A stretch of DNA of 64,000 nucleotides, taken from a virus. Lineage: Duplodnaviria; Heunggongvirae; Uroviricota; Caudoviricetes. The stretch is from positions 2,117 to 66,116 of IMG/VR virus record IMGVR_UViG_3300034170_000024. The stretch is one strand, 5' to 3'. Shown piece by piece: positions 9,901 through 18,465 of the stretch (position 1 is the stretch's first letter; every line of letters starts with the position of its first letter). The translations under genes and the position numbers were made by a program. The notes below the pieces were generated by a model, which worked only from the letters and a program-made list of their open reading frames with translations, had not been told where the DNA came from and did not search any database.

Positions 9901-10945
9901 CAAAGCTGCACTTGACGCCCAAGTTTCGAACCTTGAAGAAGAAGGCGCTCGTAATGCTGACGGTGTTGGTCGTGGTAGTCGTCAAGCTGGTGTTGATAAA
10001 CAGCTTGGTCAACTTGATCGCAGCTTTGGAAAACAACAACGTGATCTTGCTGCATCATCTGGTGAAATGGACCCTGTTGAGTACGCTGCGAAGCTGAAAG
10101 ATTTGCAAGAAGCTCACACTAAGATGACTGCTCAGATCATTCAGAACGATAAAGATATCCAAGCAGCTAACTATGAATGGACTAATGGTTTTACCGCTGC
10201 TGTTGAGAATGCACAAGAAGCTGGTATGAACTTTGCTGGTACTGTTGAGAGTGCATTGACTGGTGCATTTAACTCTGCTGGTAACGCACTTGCAACATTC
10301 GTTACTACAGGTAAGATTAACTTCAAGCAATTTGCTCTCAGTGTACTTGCTGACATGGCTAGTATTGCTGCACGTCAAGCTTCAAATGCTGCACTAGGTG
10401 CTTTGTTCAACATTGCTGGTGCTGCTGCTGGTAGTTATTTCAATACCGGTGCTAACGGCTTTGCTGCTGGTTCTGCTGCTGCTAACTCTTCATCACTTGG
10501 TGCGAGTCAAGCAGGTTACAGTTCTCAATACTTTGGTGGTGCACAAGCCAAAGGTGGTGCATGGTCTGGTGGTACTCAGATGTTTGCTCAAGGTGGTGCG
10601 TTCACTAACTCAATTGTATCTGGTCCAACTGCATTTGGTATGGCAAATGGTGCAAAAGGTGTAATGGGTGAAGCTGGTGAGGAAGCTATTGTCCCACTTG
10701 CTAGAACACGTAACGGTGATCTTGGTATTCGTGCTGCTGGTGGTTTAGGTGGTGCTGGTACAGGAGGTACAGTTGTGAACGTGAACGTTAGTGTTAGCAA
10801 CACTGGTACTTCTTCAAGTACAGATGGTGGCGAAGGTTGGGGTCAATTTGGTGCTGAGTTGGGTTCTTTTGTTGATCAACGTGTTTACAGTGTTATCAAC
10901 AGTGAATCTCGTCCGGGTGGTACATTGGCTACAGCACAGCGTTAA
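6947..10945 (+). CDS. tail tape measure protein
   Basis: 1332 aa; long N-terminal coiled-coil-rich region, hydrophobic middle segments, Gly/Ala-rich C-terminal part; position after G/GT. Confidence 0.85.
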   Translation: MTKMPTIAELQINLDARPIEQGTKALNDFASAADRASKAGKANQETNKQGSSVSDKAAKSEADLSAMIDAQTRKLETLGAQRRKLEQSGMKSSMPTEYERLNRIIDANISLVMRQGNAVEQLTAKQDKDVSKREASAQAQLRVQERILDAAVRQENIVSRASAKQQREIETTINGLSRQIKAQNDYNATIEKLNRARVTGPDGNMGSGSSLSSGEYESYVKLAGAKRDAALATEDNSRAVIQAQNKLDTYTATLGRVERAEVEYTRAINVLNQAQKLGLVTVDQYDQKLASFANKRDMAVAAANDNAAAEQRFARELKSVMSAYDPVLRAQDQYNASVKILSTGLQSGSITVEQFNKALTEQRQALEGVKQAQGGLTNLGSEYDSALNKLVPYRAELKNLEQQENILRAQKEAGKVTTDQQVKDYNQATNAIQRQRAELEKRVKSGNAASLSYKQEQAALRGIPAQITDIVVSLQGGQAPLTVLLQQGGQIKDMFGGIAPAIRGLTTGLLAMINPVTIAAAGVAALGIAAYSGSEELTGFNRAVIQSGGASGVSASQFSAFRDSLDKTTTTAGKAAEALTQIEASGKIAGDQFVSIAESAILLEKATGQALSKTIEDFASLGKDPVDAAVKLDEKYRFLTASVLAQADALVRQGNETEAVKLLQAELSEAATATATRMIEEAGLIERSWMGIKSVVSETWDLLKSIGRDSTANDELNALQAKQEALETRQRNNKDYAFGIGGSGIQKEIDETKELIKQKQLRLDYEKFGAEQAGKTEITRRESVSAQASANKRYESSMKGVEKAERELQKVRQENAKIAAAGNVSSEQRNILAANEARAVKELADAKEKANKPKAAGALDTTSIQEVKSNLSVITAEYEGYYKRVTALGESGLVSEEATAASQKAILDQQRKAVTGSYDKQIESIKNLRDNKKNSAAQNISLDNQLTKAESERSVAMEKLDAKMDALQSKEDGRIKKRTANIASYKAALDAQVSNLEEEGARNADGVGRGSRQAGVDKQLGQLDRSFGKQQRDLAASSGEMDPVEYAAKLKDLQEAHTKMTAQIIQNDKDIQAANYEWTNGFTAAVENAQEAGMNFAGTVESALTGAFNSAGNALATFVTTGKINFKQFALSVLADMASIAARQASNAALGALFNIAGAAAGSYFNTGANGFAAGSAAANSSSLGASQAGYSSQYFGGAQAKGGAWSGGTQMFAQGGAFTNSIVSGPTAFGMANGAKGVMGEAGEEAIVPLARTRNGDLGIRAAGGLGGAGTGGTVVNVNVSVSNTGTSSSTDGGEGWGQFGAELGSFVDQRVYSVINSESRPGGTLATAQR

Positions 10946-10957
10946 TTCGTTTTGCTA

Positions 10958-10987
10958 TTGACAAAAACAATAAAAACATTGTAGAAT
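10958..10987 (+). promoter_or_regulatory. sigma70-like promoter TTGACA-18-TAGAAT
   Basis: perfect -35, TAGAAT -10; lies between tape measure stop and a hairpin. Confidence 0.35.
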
Positions 10988-10998
10988 GTATCAAATTG

Positions 10999-11029
10999 CA
11001 GGGAGGCGAAAGCTTCCCTGTTTCTATTT
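10999..11029 (+). terminator. hairpin CAGGGA-n10-TCCCTG + TTTCTATTT (attenuator/terminator)
   Basis: perfect 6-bp stem followed by T-rich tract, upstream of gpM-like gene. Confidence 0.45.
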
Positions 11030-11042
11030 CAGGAGTATTAAA

Positions 11043-11384
11043 ATGGTAAAAACATTTACTTGGAAGGTTGAGCGTGACATTGATCCTACAATCAAGTATC
11101 GCGTTATTGAAACACAGTTTGGTGATGGATACAAACAAACATCCGCTGATGGTATTAACATCAAAGACGAAACATATTCGATCACTGTTCATGCTTATAA
11201 GAACGAAGCTCAAAAGATTATGGACTTCTTTGATGAACATCAAGGTTGGAAGAGTTTCTTCTGGACACCACCACTTGGTAAGCTTTCTTTATACACATGC
11301 ATGGACCCTAAACCTACAGATAAAGGTGGTGGTCTTTACACTATCACTGCAACTTTTGTAAAGAGTTTTGCAGCACCACAGTAA
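11043..11384 (+). CDS. distal tail protein (lambda gpM position)
   Basis: 113 aa right after tape measure; SD aggag. Confidence 0.55.
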   Translation: MVKTFTWKVERDIDPTIKYRVIETQFGDGYKQTSADGINIKDETYSITVHAYKNEAQKIMDFFDEHQGWKSFFWTPPLGKLSLYTCMDPKPTDKGGGLYTITATFVKSFAAPQ

Positions 11385-11393
11385 GGAGTATAT

Positions 11394-12137
11394 ATGGCAC
11401 TTACAAATATTAGTCAAACGATTCAGAAACTTGAACCGGGTGCTAGGGTTAAATTGATTGAAGTAGATTGCACTAGTTTTGGTGGCGACATCTTACGATT
11501 CCACAATTACAATGTTGAATACACTGAAGCAGAGCTTAAAGCATTCCAAGAGGCTGGTACTGAGATTCCACCAAAGAAGATTCGATGGAAAGGTGAGGAT
11601 TATAGTACTTGGCCTTATTCAATGACAGGTATTGAATGGGATGGTACAGGTAAGAGTCCTCAACCAAGTCTTGACGTTGCAAACATTGATGGTAGCATCA
11701 GTTCAATGTGTCTGTTACTTCAGAACTTGTTTGGTGCAAAGGTTACAGAACATACCACATTTCGTCAATACCTTGCTGACGGTGATGATCCAGATGAATC
11801 AATGGAGTTCACACAGAACTGGTATATCACACGTAAAAGTGGTGAGAACCAATCTACTGTAACATTTGAACTTTCATCACCAGCAGACTTTACAGGTCAA
11901 CGCGTACCACGTCGCCAGATTTATGCTCTATGTCATTGGGCGATGAACGGTAACTATCGTGGTCCAGATTGCGGATACACCGGTACTAAGTATTTCACAG
12001 AGAAAGGTATTGAAACCGATAACCCTGCACTGGATAAATGTGGTGGATTATGTCTCGATTGTGAACTTCGTTTCGGTAAACAGAAACCACTTCCTTTCGG
12101 TGGATTTATCGCAAGTAGCTTAATTGCAAGAGGTTAA
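11394..12137 (+). CDS. minor tail protein (lambda gpL-like)
   Basis: 247 aa; C-terminal Cys cluster (CHW..CGYTG..CGGLCLDC) like gpL Fe-S motif; synteny M-L-K-I-J. Confidence 0.65.
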   Translation: MALTNISQTIQKLEPGARVKLIEVDCTSFGGDILRFHNYNVEYTEAELKAFQEAGTEIPPKKIRWKGEDYSTWPYSMTGIEWDGTGKSPQPSLDVANIDGSISSMCLLLQNLFGAKVTEHTTFRQYLADGDDPDESMEFTQNWYITRKSGENQSTVTFELSSPADFTGQRVPRRQIYALCHWAMNGNYRGPDCGYTGTKYFTEKGIETDNPALDKCGGLCLDCELRFGKQKPLPFGGFIASSLIARG

Positions 12138-12138
12138 T

Positions 12139-12942
12139 ATGATACCTGATAAACTCAAAGCTAAAACAATTAAAGATATACTGAAACATGCTGAGGAAGG
12201 TTACCCTCGTGAGATTTGTGGTGTTGTTGTAAATACTGCAAAAGGTGAGAAATATGTACGCTGTGTGAATATTGCTGAATCTGCTGAAGAAGAATTTCAC
12301 ATGTGTCCTGATTCATTCATCCAAGCAGAAGAGCTTGGTGATGTAGTTGGTATTGTTCATAGTCACCCAGATGAAACAACAAGACCTTCTGGTCAGGACA
12401 TCGCTGTTATGAGTCGTAACCGTGAAGTGGAACTGATTGTAGACCCTGATAGTAAACCAATCCCATGGCATATTGTTTCTTGGCCTGAAGGTGACTATCG
12501 TCAAATTATTCCAGAAGTAAGTCCTACACTTCTTGATAGACCATTTGTACACGGTGTCTGGGATTGCTGGTCAACCTGTGAGGCGTATTACAAGAAGTAT
12601 CACGGTATCACATTTAAGAGCTACCCTAGAACAGATCGTTGGTGGGAAAACAAAGAATCTAAATCATTTTATGAAGAGCTATACGAAGAGTTCGGATTCT
12701 ACGAAGTTAATGATTTGAAGCCGGGTGACATGGTTGTTATGCAAATTGGTAGAACATACCATCCTAACCATGCAGGTATTTATCTTGGTGAGATTTCAGA
12801 GTTTGAAGAACAAGAATTTTATGGTAAGTCATTAATGCTACACCACATGTACTCTAAGAAAAGTGAGATAATTGTATATGGTGGTCAATGGCATCAAAGA
12901 ACTAGAATGATTCTACGACATAGAGAGGTGAAACATGTCTGA
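12139..12942 (+). CDS. tail assembly protein (lambda gpK-like; JAMM/MPN + NlpC/P60 domains)
   Basis: HSHPDETTRPSGQD matches JAMM H-x-H-x7-S-x2-D motif; C-terminal Cys...His (VWDCW...HPNHAGIYLG) NlpC/P60-like. Confidence 0.8.
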   Translation: MIPDKLKAKTIKDILKHAEEGYPREICGVVVNTAKGEKYVRCVNIAESAEEEFHMCPDSFIQAEELGDVVGIVHSHPDETTRPSGQDIAVMSRNREVELIVDPDSKPIPWHIVSWPEGDYRQIIPEVSPTLLDRPFVHGVWDCWSTCEAYYKKYHGITFKSYPRTDRWWENKESKSFYEELYEEFGFYEVNDLKPGDMVVMQIGRTYHPNHAGIYLGEISEFEEQEFYGKSLMLHHMYSKKSEIIVYGGQWHQRTRMILRHREVKHV

Positions 12943-13546
12943 GTCTTGGATTGAAGTTAGACCGGGTGGTTATCTTAAAAAGTATGGTAACCACAAGTTT
13001 TATGTTAGAAACCCTGCTGAAGCAATCAAGGCAATGTTGATTCAAGTTGAAGGATTTGATGAGGCATTTCGTGCTGCTGGTAAGAGAGGTGTAAAGTTCG
13101 CAGTACGAACTGATAAACGTGATATTACAGACCCTGAACAACTACTGATGGGTAAACCTGAAGTTGTAAGGTTGATCCCTAAATATGCTGGTGGTAAGAA
13201 CGCAGGATTAACTTTCCTTGCTGTTGCTGCAATCATTGCGCTTACAGTAGTAACTGCTGGTACTGGTGGTTATGGTGCGGGTGCATGGTTTGCTGCTGGT
13301 AGTACATCCGCCGCTGTAGCAACATCGATTGCTGTATCTCTGGCTATCGGTGGTATCACACAATTACTTTCACCACAACCTGAAGGATTATCATCTAGAA
13401 CCGATACTGAAAACAGAGCGTCTTATGCGTTTGGTGGTCCTGTTAACACTGCCGCACAAGGTGTACCAGTTCCAGTGTTCTATGGTTATCGTGAAGTGGG
13501 TGGTGCTGTTGTATCTGCAAGTATTGTATCGGAAGATCAACAATGA
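12935..13546 (+). CDS. tail assembly protein (lambda gpI-like)
   Basis: 203 aa with central hydrophobic/Gly-Ala-rich segment; position between K-like and J-like genes. Confidence 0.55.
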   Translation: MSESWIEVRPGGYLKKYGNHKFYVRNPAEAIKAMLIQVEGFDEAFRAAGKRGVKFAVRTDKRDITDPEQLLMGKPEVVRLIPKYAGGKNAGLTFLAVAAIIALTVVTAGTGGYGAGAWFAAGSTSAAVATSIAVSLAIGGITQLLSPQPEGLSSRTDTENRASYAFGGPVNTAAQGVPVPVFYGYREVGGAVVSASIVSEDQQ

Positions 13547-13566
13547 CAATTACTTAGGAGAATCTA

Positions 13567-16500
13567 ATGTTAGATTACGAAATTCAAGGTGGTAAAGGTG
13601 GTGAGAAGAAACCCTATACCCCGGTTGAAACACCAAACAACCTGCTATCTGTTGCATATGGTAAAGTACTTATCGCAGTAGCTGAAGGTGAACTCGCTGG
13701 AACTCCATCACCACAAGATATCTTTCTTGATGGTACACCACTGGCTAACGCTGATGGTTCTCGCAACTTCGGTGGTGTAAAATACGAATGGCGTTCAGGT
13801 ACTACTGACCAGACATATATTGCAGGTCTTCCAGAAGTATCTACTGAGTACAACGTTGGTGTTGAACTTAAATTTGGTACTCCTTGGGTTCGTAATATTA
13901 CAAAATCAGAACTTGATGCTATCCGTGTTACTTTCCAATGGCCTGCACTTCTTGAGCAAACCTCAAACGGTGACACTATTGGTACATCTATCGGTTACCA
14001 AGTTGAAATCTCAACGGATGGTGGTGCATTTCAGATATACAACTACTACTCTGTTAGTGGTAAGACAAACACTGCATATGAAAGAACTCATCGTATTGAC
14101 TTACCTGAAGCAACAACCGGTTGGAGTGTACGTGTATCAAGAACAACACCAGATCAAACAAGTGGTAACATTCAAGACAACATGAACATTAAGAGTTATG
14201 CTGAAGTGGTTGACGTGAAACAACGTTACCCAAACACTGCATTGCTTTATGTTGAGTTTGACAGTCGTATGTTTGGTGGTGGTGCTATTCCAAGAGTATC
14301 GGTTAGAACGAAAGGACGAATCATCCGCGTCCCAAGTAACTATGAACCAGATATAAGAAGTTATAGTGGTATTTGGAACGGTTCTTTTAAATGGGCTTGG
14401 TCTGATAACCCTGCTTGGGTCTTCTATGACATCATGACTAATGACCGATTTGGTCTTGGTCATAAAGTTGACTTGAATATGGTTGACAAGTGGGCACTTT
14501 ATGAAGTGGCTCAATACTGTGACGTGCTGGTAGATGATGGTAGAGGTGGTGGTGGTAAAGAGCCACGTCACACTTGTAACATCTATATCCAAGAGAAGCA
14601 AGAAGCTTGGCAAGTTTTGCGTGACATCGCTTCGATCTTTAACGGTATGACGTACTGGAACGGTAATCAGTTTACAGCAATTGCTGACAAGCGTGAACCT
14701 TTCAATAATGCTCCTGTGTTCTCACGATCTAACGTTGTCAATGGTCGATTCGACTATTCTGCTGCGGATGACAAGAGTATTTATACCAGTGCATTGGTAA
14801 GCTACGATAACCCAGACAACCACTATAATACAGATGTTGAAGCTACATTTGAAACAAGTCAGATTTTAAGATGGGGTGGTGATCGTCAGACTGAGATTAG
14901 TGCGATTGGTTGTACATCTCGTGGTGAGGCTCAGAGACGCGGTAAGTACACGTTAATCACAAACATGTACAACCGTACTGTTTCATTTAAAACGGGTCTA
15001 CAAGGACTCAGTGAGGACGTTGCACCGGGTAAATTGATCCATGTTGTTGACCCTTTGATTGGTGGTCGTCAATTCACTGGTCGAATCAAGATTTCTGCTG
15101 GTCGTGTTATTACACTTGACCGTGAAATTGATGGTAAACAGGGTGACATCCTTTACATGACACGTTCCAATGGTGTCACTGAAGGTCGTACAATTGAAGC
15201 TGTTTCTGGTAACATCGTAACTGTACAAGTTGCTTACACCGAACAACCTCTACCAAATGCGGTTTGGTATCTTGAAGCTGCTGACCTAAAGTCGCAACTG
15301 TTCCGAGTAACAAAGATAACAAGTCCTGACGATAACGTCTATGAGATTACTGGTGTAGAGTACAACGACAGTAAATATGCGGCAATCGATAACGGTGCAC
15401 GTCTTGAACCACGCCCAATAAGTGTAGTTCCACCTAACATTCAACAACCACCTACTAACGTTGTTATCAGTTCTACAACCTTTGTTGAACAGACAATGGC
15501 TGTTTCCACGATGACACTATCTTGGGATCAAACAAAGAATGCTGTAGGGTATGAAGCACAATGGCGTGTTGGTGAAGGTGACTGGGTTAACCTTGGTGTT
15601 ACAGGCGCTCTTGAGTTTAACGTAAAAGGTATTTATGCTGGTCAATATGTAGCGCGTGTACGTGCAATTAACGCATATGGTATCAAGTCTATTTGGGCAA
15701 CAAGTATCATCACAACACTTGATGGTAAGGCTGGTAAACCACCCACTGTTACTGCAATTGATACAACACCTATGTTCTTCGGTATTCGTCTTGACTGGTA
15801 CTTCCCAGAAGGTGCTGAAGATACTCTACGTACAGAGTTCATGTATAGTGAAACAAACAGTTTCTTTGATGCTATAAAACTTGGTGATTTCTCATACCCA
15901 ACAAACTCACACGAACTTCATGGTTTGTCAGCAGGTAAGAAATTTTGGTTCTGGTGTCGTCTACATGACCGAACTGGTAACATTGGTCCTTGGTTCCCAT
16001 CTGAAACAGGTAATGGTATACAGGGTCAAAGTCAGATCAACGATAGTGGTCAGTATAATGAGTATCTTGCTGGTACTATTTCTGAGACTGCTCTTGACAA
16101 AGCACTGTATGATCGTATAGACTTGATCGATGGAAATGGACCCGGTAGTGTAAACGAAAGACTTGAAGATGCTGTTGCTGATCTTGAAGATAAAATCAAT
16201 AATGTAACAGACGCACTTGTCTACAATCCAGATAAATTGTACGAATCTGGTGATATCGTTCGTCAAGGAAGTAAGCTTTACCAAGCTCAGAAAGATGTAC
16301 CTCTTAACACAACTCCTCCTAATGAGGAATATTGGAAGGATGTAGGTACAATCATAGAACAGAGTAATGCTCTTGCTTCTCAGGTTGCTATCAACACTGC
16401 TGACATTGAAACTATTGATGGTGTACTTACATCAACAGTTACCTCAATCGAATCTCTACAAGCTGCATACCGTGATGATGACGGTGTTGGTGAAATGGAT

Positions 16501-17400
16501 GATGCCGTTACTGGTTGGAATAGTCGAGCACAGATCATTACTGAACGTGAAGTTCGTGCAAGTGCTGATGAGGCGATTGCCAGTGAGCTTGTTATTTTCC
16601 AAGCAGAGATTGACGGTAACAGTGCCAAGATCACAGACCTTACTAAAGTTGTTGCTGACAATGAATCGTCTACTTCTACAAGGCTTACAGCTTTGGAAGT
16701 TCAAGTAGGTGACGACATTCAAGCAGCTATCCGTGATGAGGCTACAGCAAGAGCTACAGCCGACGAGGCATTGGCAACACAGATCAACACTGTTCAAGCC
16801 AATCTTACAGCTTACGACACAGAAGTCAAATCACTTATCCAAGTCGAGACAGACGCACGTGTTACTGCTGATGAGGCTACAGCAACGCAGATCACTACAG
16901 TTCAAGCATCTATTGGTGAAAACACTGCTGCGATTGAAGAAACAAAAACTGCTGTAGTAGATATCGACGGTAAAGTTTCAACTGCTTGGACCTTGAAGAT
17001 GGAACAGAATGTCAATGGTCAGTATGTTGCTGCTGGTATTGGTCTTGGTATTGAGAATGGCCCCGCTGGTCTTCAGAGTCAGTTCCTTGTACGTGCTGAT
17101 CGGTTCGCTGTTGTGAATGGTATTGATGGAACTACTGCTGCACCATTCGTTGTACAAGGTGGTCAAGTGTTCATCAGTCAAGCACTTATCGGTGATGCAT
17201 GGATTACCAACGCAATGATCGGTGATACGATACAATCAAACAACTTTATTCAAGGTCAAACGGGTTGGAGATTAAATAAAGCTGGTACACTTGAGTTTAA
17301 CGGCACTGTCCCTAATGTTGGTAGACTAACAATAAATAACAACGTTATCCAAGTTTACGATTCAACAAATCGCCTTCGTGTTAGAATGGGAATGTGGTAA
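13567..17400 (+). CDS. central tail fibre / host specificity protein (lambda gpJ-like)
   Basis: 1277 aa following M-L-K-I; size and position; C-terminal region with coiled-coil and beta-rich tip. Confidence 0.8.
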   Translation: MLDYEIQGGKGGEKKPYTPVETPNNLLSVAYGKVLIAVAEGELAGTPSPQDIFLDGTPLANADGSRNFGGVKYEWRSGTTDQTYIAGLPEVSTEYNVGVELKFGTPWVRNITKSELDAIRVTFQWPALLEQTSNGDTIGTSIGYQVEISTDGGAFQIYNYYSVSGKTNTAYERTHRIDLPEATTGWSVRVSRTTPDQTSGNIQDNMNIKSYAEVVDVKQRYPNTALLYVEFDSRMFGGGAIPRVSVRTKGRIIRVPSNYEPDIRSYSGIWNGSFKWAWSDNPAWVFYDIMTNDRFGLGHKVDLNMVDKWALYEVAQYCDVLVDDGRGGGGKEPRHTCNIYIQEKQEAWQVLRDIASIFNGMTYWNGNQFTAIADKREPFNNAPVFSRSNVVNGRFDYSAADDKSIYTSALVSYDNPDNHYNTDVEATFETSQILRWGGDRQTEISAIGCTSRGEAQRRGKYTLITNMYNRTVSFKTGLQGLSEDVAPGKLIHVVDPLIGGRQFTGRIKISAGRVITLDREIDGKQGDILYMTRSNGVTEGRTIEAVSGNIVTVQVAYTEQPLPNAVWYLEAADLKSQLFRVTKITSPDDNVYEITGVEYNDSKYAAIDNGARLEPRPISVVPPNIQQPPTNVVISSTTFVEQTMAVSTMTLSWDQTKNAVGYEAQWRVGEGDWVNLGVTGALEFNVKGIYAGQYVARVRAINAYGIKSIWATSIITTLDGKAGKPPTVTAIDTTPMFFGIRLDWYFPEGAEDTLRTEFMYSETNSFFDAIKLGDFSYPTNSHELHGLSAGKKFWFWCRLHDRTGNIGPWFPSETGNGIQGQSQINDSGQYNEYLAGTISETALDKALYDRIDLIDGNGPGSVNERLEDAVADLEDKINNVTDALVYNPDKLYESGDIVRQGSKLYQAQKDVPLNTTPPNEEYWKDVGTIIEQSNALASQVAINTADIETIDGVLTSTVTSIESLQAAYRDDDGVGEMDDAVTGWNSRAQIITEREVRASADEAIASELVIFQAEIDGNSAKITDLTKVVADNESSTSTRLTALEVQVGDDIQAAIRDEATARATADEALATQINTVQANLTAYDTEVKSLIQVETDARVTADEATATQITTVQASIGENTAAIEETKTAVVDIDGKVSTAWTLKMEQNVNGQYVAAGIGLGIENGPAGLQSQFLVRADRFAVVNGIDGTTAAPFVVQGGQVFISQALIGDAWITNAMIGDTIQSNNFIQGQTGWRLNKAGTLEFNGTVPNVGRLTINNNVIQVYDSTNRLRVRMGMW

Positions 17401-17406
17401 TTATTT

Positions 17407-17436
17407 AGAGGGACTTCTAAGTCCCTCATTTCTTTA
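17407..17436 (+). terminator. terminator after J-like gene
   Basis: AGAGGGACT-tcta-AGTCCCTC stem then ATTTCTTT. Confidence 0.5.
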
Positions 17437-17451
17437 GATAGGAGATATATT

Positions 17452-17733
17452 ATGCCTGCTGGTTTTGAGTCATATAATAAAGACGGCTCAGTTGCAATGA
17501 GTATAACATCTAAATACACAAAAGTATTAGGTACTTTTGTTGCATACGGACCGGGATCACTTTTTAATAGTTGGTTATCAACAGGAGTACCATTCGCAGC
17601 GACCGGAATTTTGGGTGACCCCGGATATTTTGGAGTTGGTGTTGAAGTTGTATTTTCAGGATCAACTATGTATTGGAATTGGCCCCAATATGGAAGTAAA
17701 ATGGCTACTGTAATAACATATGGAGTAAACTAA
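17452..17733 (+). CDS. hypothetical protein (post-J, N-terminus homologous to next gene)
   Basis: 93 aa; MPAGFESYNKDGSVAM resembles MPFGLQLFGEDGQLWA of 17733 ORF. Confidence 0.45.
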   Translation: MPAGFESYNKDGSVAMSITSKYTKVLGTFVAYGPGSLFNSWLSTGVPFAATGILGDPGYFGVGVEVVFSGSTMYWNWPQYGSKMATVITYGVN

Positions 17734-18452
17734 TGCCTTTTGGACTACAATTATTTGGTGAGGATGGTCAATTGTGGGCTGACACGAACCTCATGCCTGT
17801 AGGATTAATTAAATCAGGTGTTCTGCCACAATACATAGAATATGCTGGCCCCATTCAAGTTTATGCTAATTCACCTGTTATATTTTTCAGAACTGTTGGT
17901 GGTAATTATTGGGCGCCACCAGATGTTAGACCTGAACAAATGGTTAGGGTTTCGAGTATTAACCAGCAAGGGATGTTGTGGACATTTAACTGTGAAGTTA
18001 GCTCAGAAAGTAATGGTAATGTTTACTATTATATATTTGACACAAACATTGGTTCTGCTGGTAATTTCGGATTGCAAGTTTTCAATGAGAATGGAGTTGC
18101 TATATTCAACAGTAATAATCCACCACTACGTACAACAAGCTGGGTTCAGTCAGTAGATGAGTATAGTTTTGGTTTTTTACTTTATGGGAAAACTAATGTA
18201 TACCTACCACCAGTTGCTGCTTTTTCGATGTCAGTTTATCGAAGAGGATTTACAACATCGGATACAACACAGTCTTACTCTGACTTTTATAAAACATTTT
18301 GCGGAATAACGAGCGATAACACAGGTATATTTTCATATGCCTCAATGGTCGGCACCGCACTTGTTGGTGGTCCAGAAGGAGCATGGACAAATCAGAATGT
18401 TCCGTATTTGACAATTGCAGATGTATCCAATTGTCCTGTACCTTTTAACTAA
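17733..18452 (+). CDS. hypothetical tail-associated protein
   Basis: 239 aa, TAATG coupling with previous ORF. Confidence 0.45.
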   Translation: MPFGLQLFGEDGQLWADTNLMPVGLIKSGVLPQYIEYAGPIQVYANSPVIFFRTVGGNYWAPPDVRPEQMVRVSSINQQGMLWTFNCEVSSESNGNVYYYIFDTNIGSAGNFGLQVFNENGVAIFNSNNPPLRTTSWVQSVDEYSFGFLLYGKTNVYLPPVAAFSMSVYRRGFTTSDTTQSYSDFYKTFCGITSDNTGIFSYASMVGTALVGGPEGAWTNQNVPYLTIADVSNCPVPFN

Positions 18453-18465
18453 TTGAGGATTTAAT

